A DNA stretch of 64,000 nucleotides, from contig OX597833.1 in the NCBI GenBank assembly GCA_951406725.2, positions 1,116,001 to 1,180,000 of the forward strand. Reading direction: 5' to 3'. The position numbers were made by a program, and so were the translations under genes. Position 1 is the stretch's first letter; each line of letters opens with the position of its first letter. This DNA is from Octopus vulgaris (taxonomy: Eukaryota). The notes beneath the pieces were generated by a model, which made no database searches, was not told where the DNA came from, and saw nothing but the letters and a program-made list of their open reading frames with translations. Positions 1 to 12,815 of this stretch are shown piece after piece.

Positions 1-74
1 TAGCGCATAAGCATATATATATGTATATATAGCTTATATATACACACACACACAGACACACACACACACACACA

Positions 75-134
<60 letters not shown>

Positions 135-217
135 GAAGAGTGGTACAGCAAGGCTCCAATGTGTGTGTGTGGTTGTATATCATATATATATAAATATATG
201 ATATATATATATGCATA

Positions 218-262
<45 letters not shown>

Positions 263-312
263 CGCACATATACATTTATATAAATATATATATACATAGA
301 TACATACATACA

Positions 313-347
<35 letters not shown>

Positions 348-550
348 GCAAGTGTGTTTGTATAGGTGTATAAAAATACATACATATATACACATATACA
401 TATATATCATATTATATATATACATCATTATCATCATCGTTTAACATCCGCTTTCCATGCTGAGGGCTGGCGAACCAGAAGGCTGCACCAGGTTTCAATC
501 TTGATGTGGCAGAGTTTCTACAGCTGGATGCCCTTCCTAACGCCGTACGT

Positions 551-624
<74 letters not shown>

Positions 625-737
625 TCATATAAGCTCACACACGTATTTAGTGTCATAGTTTCTTTCGTGGTGGCCATCGTCCTACAGGTGTTAACTAACG
701 ATGTAATTAACTCCTTAATTAGAAATTTGCTTCTTAC

Positions 738-1027
738 CTTTTAATCTTAATCTAGAAGATTCGTGTTGGTAGATCGAACAGCTGTCGTTCTCGATCGTCT
801 GTTCTCCTCCTCCGTTTATCAGAATCTTCTTGGAGCGGAAGACGAACACGGTGTTGATATGGTCAAGAATGTTCTCGAAGCTGAGACCCATGTGTGGTCG
901 AATCATTTCAAATATCTCATTGATTTTCAATCTCTTCTCTACAACTTCCGGAATCACTCGCGAAATGGAGTTTCCAGTTTGGCATATCACCAACTTCCGG
1001 TCAAACATAACGTGAAAGGGAAATGCC
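738..1027 (-). CDS. GUCY1B1: Soluble guanylate cyclase beta subunit, internal exon (PAS/H-NOBA region)
   Basis: Acceptor ctttgccag|G, donor AAAG|gtaag. Encodes (R)AFPFHVMFDRKLVICQTGNSISRVIP...IRPHMGLSFENILDHINTVFV...RLRLK(G), matching the sGC beta1 FPFH/RPH/INTVF/LRLKG motifs. Phase fits the upstream exon (CG|G=Arg). Confidence 0.95.
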
Positions 1028-1071
1028 CTGGCAAAGAGAAGTCATTAGACTATGAAGAGCGAATAAAAAAA

Positions 1072-1286
1072 TCATCATCATCATCATCACCATCACCATC
1101 ACCATTACCATCATCATCACCACCACCACCACTATTACCAACACCACCACCACCACCACCACGACCACCACGACCACCACCACCACCACGACCACCACCA
1201 CGACCACCACGACCCCCACGACCACCACTACGACGACCACCACCACCAATACCACCACCACGACCACGACCACCACCACTACCACC

Positions 1287-1320
<34 letters not shown>
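1072..1320. repeat. (CAT)/(CAC)/(CGA) trinucleotide repeat
   Basis: Direct reading; intronic; produces spurious poly-Pro/poly-Val ORFs. Confidence 0.95.
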
Positions 1321-1561
1321 TTGAAACTGAATGTATCTACTCTGAATATGTTTTTCTAAGCAGTGGGGAAAGAAACTGGAAGAGGGCCCCTTCCCATGCC
1401 TTGGAGATGGCAGAGTATTTCAGGATTTTTGTGAGGTGTTTACCCCGGATTACCCTAAGTGGGCGGCCCCGCTATTGGAGATTCTACTTATCTATTTATT
1501 TATTTGTTATTTCTCTAGTTTCTGTTATATGTTTTCTGTTGTATCTCTTAATGTGGTGGTA

Positions 1562-2050
1562 TCCCCGACATAATGCAACATGTCAGCTACTGGGAGAGGC
1601 TAAAAGAGTTAAGACCCTACTCCCTGGGGGGAAGGCGGGGAAAATATGGAGTAACATACATATGGAAAATCCTAGAAGAACTTGTACCAAACTTTGGCAT
1701 TGTGAGTTGCATAAACAGCAGAGACGGGGTGCCACTGCATTACACCAAAACCCCCAATATTGCCATCAGGATACAGGACCAGATATAGCAACATATTGGG
1801 TTTCAAAGGCCCACTGCTCTTCAGTACTACTCCAAAAAGCCTGAGAGACCTGCATGGCGTTGATGTAGGCTTTTTGAAAGCAAAACCAGATCTCCTTCCG
1901 TCAAGATTTCCGGATGAACCTACCTCATGGCAAGAAACACAGATGAAGGCAGCAACGTCAAAGTGCCTTATCTACCATGTGTCCCATAACAAAGAGGAGG
2001 TTTAGTGAAAGTGTAGCATGACCGCAGTTCTCGGATTGAAACTTAGAGCC
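1562..2050 (+). mobile_element. Degenerate CR1-group LINE ORF2 3' end
   Basis: SYWERLKELRxYSL...YIWKILEELVPN...GPLLF...PKSLRDL...FPDEP, frameshifted; homologous to 33700-34065 and 37790-37957. Confidence 0.8.
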
Positions 2051-2066
2051 ACAAAAAATATATATA

Positions 2067-2461
2067 CTCTTTTTACTCTTTTACTTGTTTCAGTCATTTG
2101 ACTGCGGCCATGCTGGAGCACCGCCTTTAGTCGAGCAAATCGACCCCGGGACTTATTCTTTGTAAGCCCAGTACTTATTCTATCGGTCACATTTTGCCGA
2201 ACCGCTAAGTAACGGGGACGTAAACACACCAGCATCGGTTGTCAAGCAATGCTAGGGGGACAAACACACACATATATACATATATATATACATATATACG
2301 ACAGGCTTCTTTCAGTTTCCGTCTACCAAATTCACTCACAAGGCATTGGTCGGCCCGGGGCTATAGCAGAAGACACTTGCCCAAGATGCCACGCAGTGGG
2401 ACTGAACCCGGAACCATGTGGTTGGTAAACAAGCTACTTACCACACAGCCACTCCTACGCC
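2067..2461 (-). mobile_element. tRNA-derived SINE family 1, full length
   Basis: Head with A box TGGCTGTGTGG and B box GGTTCAGTCCC, internal (TA/TG)n, tail ...GACTGAAACAAGTAAAAGAG; near-identical to many copies in the window. Confidence 0.9.
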
Positions 2462-3002
2462 TATACATAGGCGTATATATATACATATATTTTTTATATA
2501 TGTATATATATGCGTATAGGCGCAGGTATGACTGTGTGGTAAGAAGCTTGCTTCCCAACCAAATGATATCACCTCCTCCTCTCTCTTCTTCCTACTGCCT
2601 CTCTGCTTCATTTTATCTCCATAACTACTCCTCCTTTATCGCAATCTTTTTACTGGTTACTTCCCCTTTCTCTCCCTCCACTACCTCTAACTCCCTCTAC
2701 TGCACATCTTTCTCTTTCTCTCTCTACAATATTTTTCTCTATTACTGAAATGTTTTCCTCTATCTCCCATTCTCTTTACCCGTATTACTGTCTCTCTTTG
2801 GCACATTCTCTTTATTTCTCTCTATATCTAACTTACTCAATTCTCTCCAATCTAGCTAACTTACTCTCCATACTACCTCTCATTTTCCTTTTATCTCAAC
2901 AATATCTCACCCACTTTCTCTTTTGACAGCGCTTTTTCTTCTACCAGCTCTTACAGCTTCTCTTCCATTCCTTCTCCTTCCTTCCTCTCAATATATACTC
3001 AC

Positions 3003-3163
3003 CGACAAAACGTTATGGGACTAATTTTCGGTTCTGTAGACAGAGTATTTTCATTGACATCCATTTCAGTACTGGTCTTCTGTTCACCTCCCTCCAGTTC
3101 AATAATGGCGAACTGGACATGGTCTGAATCTTCACCTTTCGTTTTTATCACTTCAACATTCAC
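3003..3163 (-). CDS. GUCY1B1: Soluble guanylate cyclase beta subunit, internal exon (end of H-NOX and linker)
   Basis: ccacag|GTG...TGTCG|gtgagt; 161 bp; VNVEVIKTKGEDSDHVQFAII...EPKISPITFC, matching the beta1 DHxQF and ISPxTFC motifs. Confidence 0.93.
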
Positions 3164-3907
3164 CTGTGGGCATTCATTGAAAATATAGGCATATGTAGAT
3201 CCACGTCTCATATATACACTTACATATGTACATTTCATATATGCGTGCATGTGTGTGTCTGTGTCTGTGTGTGTGCATATATATATATGTATATACACAT
3301 GTATATATCTATATCTATCTACATATATATAAATATATAGATATGTATATATTTATAGCTATCTACATATATATAAACATATATATAAATTTATATAAAT
3401 AAAGATAAGATCGTTATTTAAATACCGATCTTATCAGGTGGCCAGCATGGAAAAAAAACCTTCATAGGTAATAATTATTATTAAAATCATAATTTAGGGT
3501 ATCTAAGAGATACTACCACGCTGGAAATAACAGCCTAAACTTGATTCTAAAACCACATTAAATGTTCATACAGCAAGCTTTATACCGCCGGCCACTCTTC
3601 AGGTCAGGGGCATCACGATTAGACTAAAGGCTACATTGCCTCAAGGATGTACCTGTTGACGCATGAAAGATTTAATCCGAATGTGATTCTGATTCAACAT
3701 ATCCTTCGCCTGAAGAGTAACTGGCGGTATACAGGTCGCTTGGATTTTACCACTTCTGAGGTTCCACTCTCTATGAAATATATGTTGCCTGGATTTTTCC
3801 TACTCCATTCCGTAACTCTTGATATATGTATATTGCCATGATAGATCGTTCACCACTACACACATTTTTTTCTCTCCTTTTTTTCTCTCCTCGTTTTTTC
3901 TGTGTCC

Positions 3908-3943
3908 CTTTCTGTAGAAGAATGTAGGCTCGAAACGTAAAAG
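3908..3943 (+). ncRNA. Minimal hammerhead-like motif, ACGT family (variant core)
   Basis: cttt CTGTAGA a gaat-gtag-gctc GAAA cg TA aaag; stem II damaged; an inverted sister copy lies at about 4160-4195. Confidence 0.5.
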
Positions 3944-4038
3944 ACTTTTCCTATTCCTGAGCGTTATACTAATACATCTGTTTGTTTTGTACACCACCTG
4001 TATTCGTCTTTTGTTTTCTTCGTAAACTATCCCTATAA

Positions 4039-4076
<38 letters not shown>

Positions 4077-4266
4077 ACATATATAATTGAAATTTACAGA
4101 AAAACAGGTATATAAACAAGCAGGTGTATTAGATTGATGCTCGGGAAATTGAGAAAGTATTTTATGTTTCGAGCGTACGCTCTTCAGCAGACAGGAACAC
4201 GATACACACGCGCATATACATATTTACGCACCGCAAGTAGAAAACTACTGTGTGAACAATTCTTAC

Positions 4267-4571
4267 CTGAGAATTATACACCTGTTTGGCAACAGCCTTT
4301 ACAATACCAATGACAATAGGTTCGAGACCCGGGCGGTCTGAGTAATAATGCAGTATCGTTGCTCCATCTTCGGCCCTTTCTGAGCATCTGAAAGAAGGAG
4401 CGCGCATACCTGGATAAATGCTGGCAAGATGGTCGTGTAGCGCATCTAAGTTCTGTAAGAAGTCTTTTGTGGTACCTCCAAGGACTTGCAGGATTTTATC
4501 GTAACCAGATTCTTGACAAAAGGCAAAAAACATTTCTCCAAACAATTCTAAGATGTCGCTAGCCGGAAGTT
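4267..4571 (-). CDS. GUCY1B1: Soluble guanylate cyclase beta subunit, H-NOX heme-binding exon
   Basis: ttgcag|AA...CAG|gtaaga; 305 bp; [27 protein letters not shown] (heme His), [17 protein letters not shown] (YxSxR). Confidence 0.97.
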
Positions 4572-4724
4572 CTGCAACAATGAAGAATATCGATTTCAAA
4601 TTTTGGGGAATCATAGGGTTCCATAAGGTAAAAAATGGTTGAGGTAACCGGGTCTTGAAGGACAATAATAATTACAACAACCACGATTGCCAGAATAAAC
4701 ATGGAATATGAGGAAATTGCTTAC

Positions 4725-4825
4725 TTAGAACTTTCGAAGCGGCACCAACCAAATCGTAGGAAATGGAATCGTCGTAGACATATCGCACCAGGAAGTGGCC
4801 ATCCATACTTAAATCGGCGGCTTTC
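4725..4825 (-). CDS. GUCY1B1: Soluble guanylate cyclase beta subunit, N-terminal H-NOX exon
   Basis: cccaatag|G...CTAA|gtaagc; 101 bp; KAADLSMDGHFLVRYVYDDSISYDLVGAASKVL, matching beta1 FLVRxxYDDxxxYDLVxAASKVL. Confidence 0.95.
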
Positions 4826-4921
4826 CTATTGGGAAAGAAAACAAACATGCATAAATACAGATTTATATACATATACTTACACACACACACACACACACGC
4901 ACACATACATACATATATATC

Positions 4922-5302
4922 TCTCTATATATAAACGGCAGTTTGTCTGTGTGTGTTTCTGTGTGTCTGTTAGGTTGTACCCTCACCCTGACCACGGCTT
5001 TCAACCGATTCTGATGAAACTTGACACACACATAGCCCAATGTCATAATTCAAAACTAACGCAGCGAAAATTTTGAAAAGTTCCCCCAGTTCTGAAATAA
5101 ATCGATAAATTCGACATGTGGTCGAGAATCAGAAACATAAACCGCAAACTGTCTAGGGGACGCAACTCGACCTTTTTTTACTCTCAAAAAAATTTACCAT
5201 CATTTTTTTCCATTTTTTTGCTATTTTTTAGCTATAACTCTCTAAATATGATTTATAGTTATTTCCCTTACAAACCTGAGCAACGCCGGGCGATACTGCT
5301 AG
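4922..5302 (+). mobile_element. Non-autonomous Helitron
   Basis: 5' TC(TC)TATATATAAACGGCA; 3' GC-rich hairpin region (gagcaacgccgggcg) then terminal CTAG followed by T. Confidence 0.75.
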
Positions 5303-5319
5303 TATATATATATATGTGA

Positions 5320-5656
5320 AGGCGCATGGCTCAGTGGTTAGAGCGTCGAGCTTACGATCGTGAGGTTGTGAGCTCGAATCCCGGACCGGGCTGCGTGTTG
5401 TGTTCTTGAGCAAAGCACTTTATTTCACGTTGCTCCAGTTCACTCAGCTGTAGAAATGAGTTGCGATGTCACAGGTGCCAAGCTGTATCGACCTTTGTCT
5501 TTCCCTTGGATAACACTGGTGGCGTGGAGAGGGGAGGCTGGTATGCATGGGCGACTGCTGGCCTTCCATAAAACAACCTTGCCCGGACTTGTGTCTAGGA
5601 GGGTAACTTTCTAGGTGCAATCCCATGGTCATTCATGACCGAAGGGGGTCTTTACC

Positions 5657-5657
<1 letters not shown>
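5320..5657 (+). mobile_element. tRNA-derived SINE family 3 (CORE/V-like central domain)
   Basis: A box TGGCTCAGTGG, B-box-like GCTCGAATCCC, central tgtgttcttgagcaaagcacttt...ctgtagaaatg; diverged inverted copy at 19407-19730. Confidence 0.8.
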
Positions 5658-5706
<49 letters not shown>

Positions 5707-5754
5707 TCAGACACACACATATATATATATACATGCATACATGCATATATGCAT

Positions 5755-5785
<31 letters not shown>

Positions 5786-5916
5786 CAAACACACACACAT
5801 GAATAATTAAACACATTTAAATACACCACACGCAGACACACTCATACATACACATTCAACGCACTCATAACCATCCACACACACGCGCACTTACGCACGC
5901 ACGCATCCGGTCGTCC

Positions 5917-5967
<51 letters not shown>

Positions 5968-6436
5968 AAAATGTGTGTGTGTGCATATATCTATATCTAT
6001 ATCTATATCTATATATATGTATGTGTGTGTGTGTGTGTCCGTGTTTGTGTGTCTGTGTTTGTCTCCCTGGCATGGCTTGACAACCGATGCTGGTGTGTTT
6101 ACGTCCCCGTCACCTAGCGGTTCGGCAAAAGAGACCGATAGAATAAGTACTGGGCTTACAAAAGAATAAGTCCCGGGGTTGATTTACTCGACTAGAGGCG
6201 GTGCTCCAGCATGGCCGCAGTCAAATGACTGAAACAAGTAAAAGAGTAAAGAGAAAGCGAGTATATATACACACACACACACACACACATAATCTGTTGG
6301 TTTGTACCATAATCTAGCAATCAAGCCGGAAAGAGTTGTTTCCCTTGTACGATCTAATACTCAGCGGGAATTCATTTCTTCCCGCTTGCGGTGCATGGTT
6401 TTAATTTGTCTGTTTTTGTAATTATATCTAATTATA

Positions 6437-6491
<55 letters not shown>

Positions 6492-6830
6492 TGGCTCCTT
6501 TCTCGTATACGAGCAAAACCAACGCTAGAAAGAATCATTGAAATGAGTCTTTGATGATGGAATGCCAGATTTGCCCATTCTGTAGCATACATTGCATAAT
6601 GCACAGTCGTTCTGGTTGGCAGAAGGAGCCATTGTCACAGTATGGAGTTTTTAGAGACACCTTTTCAATCCTCCAACTAAGAGGCACACCTTCCCACAGG
6701 TTGCACATATTCTGTTGTGGACAATAACCATATCACGATTTACCGTGGGGCGATTCCTGTGGGAGTTCTATGATGGCCGACCAAGCCTGCATGACTCAAG
6801 TATTTCCTCTACAAATCACACACATAAAAA

Positions 6831-6885
<55 letters not shown>

Positions 6886-6907
6886 TCGCCAAGTTAAATA
6901 TTTAAAC

Positions 6908-6971
6908 CACCTGAAGAATGACTGTAACTCGAAAATTTTAAGAATTGGACAGCCATGAAACGATCGTAGTG
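6908..6971 (+). ncRNA. Type I hammerhead ribozyme, CGATCG family
   Basis: cac CTGAAGA atgactgt...acagccat GAAA cgatcg TA gtg: intact core and three helices, inside a ~215-bp element (6880-7095) flanked by (TA)n. Confidence 0.8.
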
Positions 6972-7094
6972 TTATATTAATTATATTTTTTAATAATTTT
7001 GATATATTTAAATAATATAAATTAATTAATCTTATGTATTGGCTTAAGCTTTTCATTGTATGATTTACCTAATAGTGGTTTTATCTCTAATTTA

Positions 7095-7152
<58 letters not shown>

Positions 7153-7960
7153 AGGCAAGAAAAGAAAAACTGACGTCGTGATATGATATGTACACACAAA
7201 AAGTGCTCAGGACTGATCCAGTGCTGATAACCCGATTTTAAGTGTAAGGTTACAGGATCTGTGGAAACCAGAGTTGGGCACAAGCAATATAAAGGTTGAA
7301 CAAACGAAAGTATAACAGAATAAAAGATAGACAGTTAATTGTGAGGCATGAAACCACTTATAACATATGTATACAGAAGACAGTCCAACAGTCTTTGGAT
7401 TTAGCAGGAAACCAAGGAAATTCAGAATGTGTAAGTTTTTAGTGATTCTTCATAGACATGTATACAGCCATTCTATTCTATAATATCATTGATGAGATAG
7501 AAGAGAATATGAGGAGTTTTTCGTGTTGAGAATCACTAGCCGAAACTTGCTGGTAAGAGAGTAGGGAGTGCAGGTAATGCTTTACATCTGTTTCTGTGGT
7601 GTGGCGTTCGTTAGAAGTAGTTACATGCATTGTGACTACTTATACGTAAGGTTTATTGGCGTAAGTTAATCTATATGAATCAACACAGGTTTAAGTAATG
7701 TGAGCAGCGTATTCCATCGTGAGATGGGAAGATTTAAGTAACCCATGTGATTAATTGGGAAAAAATGACCACCCTCTGGCATAACAATCCACATCGAGAA
7801 TCTAGCAAAACAAATACAGAAAGGGATAATTAATGTAATCAATTATTAATTGGGTATACGGGAGTTTTGAAAATAACTCTCGGAATGACGACCGTGCCCC
7901 ATATAGTTATGGTTTATCCTTTGACAAAGATTGGCACCTGTTCAGTTAAGTAAATTTTTT

Positions 7961-8247
7961 GGCTCAAAAAGCAAAAAGCAATGCCATGTAGGGGGACATG
8001 AAGTTATGTACAGGGTGGTGTTCATGCAAAGAGTTCAGGCCATTTCTGGTCAAGAGAGACTTTGAACCGAGCGGTCGTCGGCATCTTCACTATCTCGTCC
8101 GGCAGCTTATTCCATGGATCCGCAACCCGGACGGAGAAAGCCCCTCTCCTTCGATTGAGATGAAATCGTCGCAGATAGAGCTTTTCGGAGTGACCCCGCA
8201 GCCGACGCTCTGGAGCAGGAGTGAAGAACAGCTCCTTCGAGAGGTTA
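7961..8247 (-). mobile_element. CR1 LINE 3' end running into the assembly gap
   Basis: Open frame FFTPAPERRLRGHSEKLY...FSVRVADPWNKLPDEIV...FKVSLD, stop at 8024-8022, short 3' UTR with gctttt repeats. Confidence 0.85.
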
Positions 8248-8248
8248 C

Positions 8249-8348
8249 NNNNNNNNNNNNNNNNNNNNNNNNNNNNNNNNNNNNNNNNNNNNNNNNNNNN
8301 NNNNNNNNNNNNNNNNNNNNNNNNNNNNNNNNNNNNNNNNNNNNNNNN
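8249..8348. other. Assembly gap (100 N)
   Basis: Run of N. Confidence 1.
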
Positions 8349-10249
8349 AACTAAAGTCAGTTAAAAGACTATCGTTAATGATCAGCTATTTCATATAATT
8401 ATATAGAATTATCGTCATTTAATTAAATTTATTATAGTCTTGCTACGGTTGAATCTCGGTTTTCGGCGAAGCACATTCAACTGTGTTTTAATGTTTTCCA
8501 TCAATAAAACCTTTGACTCTTTAAATTAATTTTCTATGTGGTTGAATATCTCGCAGACAAGTGCAATTTTACGTCGAATTCTCGGGCTTTTGTGTTTTAC
8601 TTGTTTCACTCATTGGCGTGCAGCCATGCTCGGGACCCGTCTTGAAGAGTTTTTAGCCGAACGAATTAGACCAAAGTTTCTCCGGGAGACCCCCTTTTAA
8701 AGTAGAAGAAATAGCTAACATTTTTGGCTGCTATTTCTAAACTTCGGTGTGTGGTGAAGCAAATCTTTGCTGAACCCTTTTTATTAGTATATATATATAT
8801 ATATATATATGTAAATGTTTATATAGTGCATGAGTAGATCTTTGCAAGATAAACCATACTTTTTAAAATTCTTTTGAGTGTCCAGGCGGTGGGGTGGAGG
8901 ACAAACAAAGACACAAGGACACAGATACGTGCATACACCTCACCCCGATAGGCTTCTTATAGTTTCAATTTAACGAATTCCTTGACAAGGCTTGGTGAAC
9001 TTGATGCTATAGTAGAAGGCATTAGCCCAAGTTGCCACGCAGCGGGACTGAACGCAGAACCTTGTGGTTGGGCAGCAAAATTCTTACCACACGTTCGCGC
9101 TTGCGCCTGCGTTAAATTATTGCGCAACTGGCTGAGTATCCCACAGACAAGCGTGCTCTGAAATCTAACTTTCAGTCGTATCAGTGAGGCACAACATGTA
9201 ACAAGGCTAAACATTTGAAGTGTGGGTAGAATACACCCGATGGACGTCCACACAGCTTCCACTATCTTAGCCTCGTTCGCGAGACTTTGGTCCCACAGAG
9301 GCTCTGATAAACATACTTGCCTGGCGTAATACATAGAGGAATCGAACCCTGGCTCTAAGGATTTCGAAACAAACTTCTTAAGCTCTTGTCCATGCCTGCG
9401 TCTATTCTTATGGATGTACTAATAAATGGGAGTCATGGCTGGGTTTCATACTGAAGGCAATCATCAGAGAAACTACGAATGGACAAAGCTTACAAAAGTA
9501 TATTGGATAAATGACTTATCGCAATATCTTCATTTCTAGAGATACAATAGTATCCAATGTTGTCTTTGATCATTCGTGTACTCACCCAAGGGTAATCGAG
9601 GGGTGACGTCTATAATGGGTAAGGTTTCACAGCACATCGTGCTTCCAAAATCCTTTTAGATTTGGACCCAAACGATTCAACATAAACCAAGAAACCGTGA
9701 ATCAGACAACTTCTAAAGAGATGTCAAACAGATGTCTGGAATGCATATTTCACAATTCATAAGACAGTTCTGGGGACAGTGGGCAGGGCATTACATGGAT
9801 GCATGAAAAAAGATCTCAAATAGGAAGGGTATGGTAATTGTCACGTGATTTCCAGCAGCCCCTGTCACCAATCTCGAAAAGAACAAAACCCGATTGAAAC
9901 CAATCCTGCCTTAAATTGTCAATGTTTTGGACCAAATTTTAAATTTTCAAACGGTCTAAAAACGTGAGAGTCAATACTTTTGGAACTTAATCATTCCATC
10001 ATTTTTACCAAAAAATTGTTATGATTTGAAGCAGGAATATTTCCTTCCTGTAATAATAACGCCATGAAGCCAGCTCCTATAACTGCAGTGATGAAAGCAG
10101 CAAATACGAATTGATATAAAGGAGGTCCCTTCACTGGAAATATCATTAACTAAAACAAAATTGATTTGTTGAAGTGTGTGATGCAAAATATTTGGGTCTA
10201 CAGAAGCAACTGGCGGCTGTTTCAGGTTCTTCTCGGAATTAGACACAAC

Positions 10250-10672
10250 TCTCTTTACTCTTTTACTTGTTTCAGTCATTTGACTGCGGCCATGCTGGAG
10301 CACCGCCTTTAGTCGAGCAAATCGACCCCGGGACTTATTTTTTGTAAGCTCAGTACTTATTCTATCGGTCTCTTTTGCCGAACCGCTAAGTGACGGGGAC
10401 TTAAACACACCAGCATCAGTTGTCAAGCAATGCTAGGGGGACAAACACAAACACACAAACATATACACACACATACATATACATATATATATATACTTAT
10501 ACATATATACGACAGGCTTCTTTCAGTTTCCGTCTACCAAATCCACTCACAAGGCATTGATCGGCCCGGGGCTATAGCAGAAGACACTTGCCCAAGATGC
10601 CACGCAGTGGAACTGAACCCGGAACCATGTGGTTGGTTAGCAAGCTACTTACCACACAGCCACTCCTGCGCC
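10250..10672 (-). mobile_element. SINE family 1, full length
   Basis: Near-identical to 2067-2461. Confidence 0.9.
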
Positions 10673-10774
10673 TATAACAAGTAGAAATCAATAGAAAATG
10701 TCATCGATTAGGAAGGAAACAGGTTCACTATCCTGATTTATGTTAAAACTCGGCTTCTTGGCTCTGCCACTATT

Positions 10775-11251
10775 CTTTTATTCTTTTATTCTTTCACTTG
10801 TTTCAGTCATTTCACTGCGGCCATGCTGGGGCACCGAGTTTAGTCGAGCACATCGATCCCAGGACTTACTCTATGTAAGCTTAGTACTTATTCTATCGGT
10901 ATCTTTTGCTGAACCGCTAAGTTAAGGGGACGTAAACGCACCAGCTGCGGTTGTCAAACGATGTTGGTAGAATAAACGTAGACACAAAAATATACATATA
11001 CATACATGCATGCATACATACATACATACATACATACATACATACATACATACATACATACATACATACATACATACATACGTATATATACGACGGGCTT
11101 CTTTCAGTTTCCGTCTACCAAATCCAATCACAAGGCTTTCGTCGGCCCGAGACTATCAGAAGATATTTGCCCAAAGTGCCACGCCGTGGGACTGAACCCG
11201 GAACCATGTGTTTGGTAAAGAATCTATTTACCACACAGCCACTCCTGCGCC
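10775..11251 (-). mobile_element. SINE family 1, diverged copy
   Basis: Same head, body and tail with internal (CATA)n. Confidence 0.85.
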
Positions 11252-11279
11252 TATGTAGACATCACATAAAAAAGAAACC

Positions 11280-11470
11280 CAAATAATGCTGCTGTGTAAT
11301 TTATATCAGTTGTGGTTGAGTGATAACTGAAGAGTAATGATTGATAAGTTTATGATTGGTAGGACTGACAGTTATATTCTCATTGGAGTGATCAAAGTAG
11401 AGGATGATACAATTATAGCCACGATTCCACTCACACCAACGGATATGCCTTTTCAATTGAAATACTTTAT
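11280..11470 (+). mobile_element. Degenerate Helitron PIF1-helicase fragment
   Basis: Translates to ...ATIPLTPTDMPFQLK, resembling the Helitron IPRIPLxPxDxPFxFKR motif. Confidence 0.5.
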
Positions 11471-12406
11471 CGCCAAAAATACTTAAGCTTTAATCATATC
11501 AACCGATAGAGTATGTCAAACTGGTACTCCGTCGGTTACGACGACGATGTGGGCTCCAGTTGATCCAATCGTCGGAAGAGCCTTTTTGGGAAAATAATGT
11601 GCGTGTGTCGGGGTACTCCACAGACATTCGTACTCCTAACGTAATTTACAGTGAGATTTAGGATTACACAGAATGTGACAAGGTTGAGTCTTTGAAATGC
11701 CAGCTGAGTGGACTGTGGCGATGATAAATAAGACGTCTTGCTCAAGCTTACAACGCGCTGCCAGGAATCGAACCTACGACCATTCGATCGGGAGCCAAAT
11801 ACCATGACCCCTAAGCCACGTGCCTTTACAAACCATGTCAATCAATACATTCCAATATGTTCTAACAGTTTCAATTAATTAATCCCAATGCCAAACCACG
11901 ATCATTACTGAAATTCATTTTGAGAAATACTCCGTTAGGAGTGGTTTATTTTAAGAAGGGTCATCATATGCTGTAAGACCCCATAATCTCTTTATATATG
12001 TCCCAGTCCCCAGAACCCAAATCATGGTGCACGCTGAGGTTTTTGACAAGACAATTATCAGAAATTTCGCGCTTACCAAGGGGTCAGATTTAATATCCCA
12101 ACCAGGGCTCGTCGCAGTTATTGATATAACATATTTACTCACGGATGTGTCTCAGTGCCAATATTTTAATGTTTCTGGTGGAAATTCCGGTCCCATTCAT
12201 TGTGAGAATTATTCTATTTCAGGGAATGATTTAATTCTCGACAATTCGATAGCTGCTTCTCGAGTTTCAATTTTTTATTTAAGAATTAAGGACTTTCAAA
12301 ACTAAAGATGTTAATATAGTACATCTTATATATATATATATATTTGATTTTGATTTTGATTTTTCCAGTTTCAGCTAAAGAGCTGTGGCCATGCTGGGGC
12401 ACCGCC

Positions 12407-12454
<48 letters not shown>

Positions 12455-12638
12455 ATGGATAACCAGATATTGATTGATTTTCGTTGCTTTACTCTCTGCT
12501 TGTGTGAATTATCTTCAAGTATTTTGGTTTCTCCGGGAGACCCCCCTTTTAAAGTAGATGAAATAGCTAACATTTTTGGATGCTATTTCTAAACTTCGGT
12601 GTGTGGCGAAGCAAATCTTTGCTGAACACTTTTTATTA

Positions 12639-12726
<88 letters not shown>

Positions 12727-12815
12727 GTATATATAATAATAAATATTAGGGAATAAATCCAAATTTACAAGGAAAAATCAGATTTAGGATTGAATCCAAT
12801 TTTATAGTAAAATAT

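Noticed and set aside
763-1359. 198-aa proline-rich plus-strand ORF
   Set aside because: Antisense shadow of the sGC exon running into a CAC/CAT repeat; no independent coding signal.
5320-5395. tRNA gene
   Set aside because: The tRNA-like sequence continues into a SINE body and has no proper acceptor stem or terminator; the same applies to the other SINE heads.
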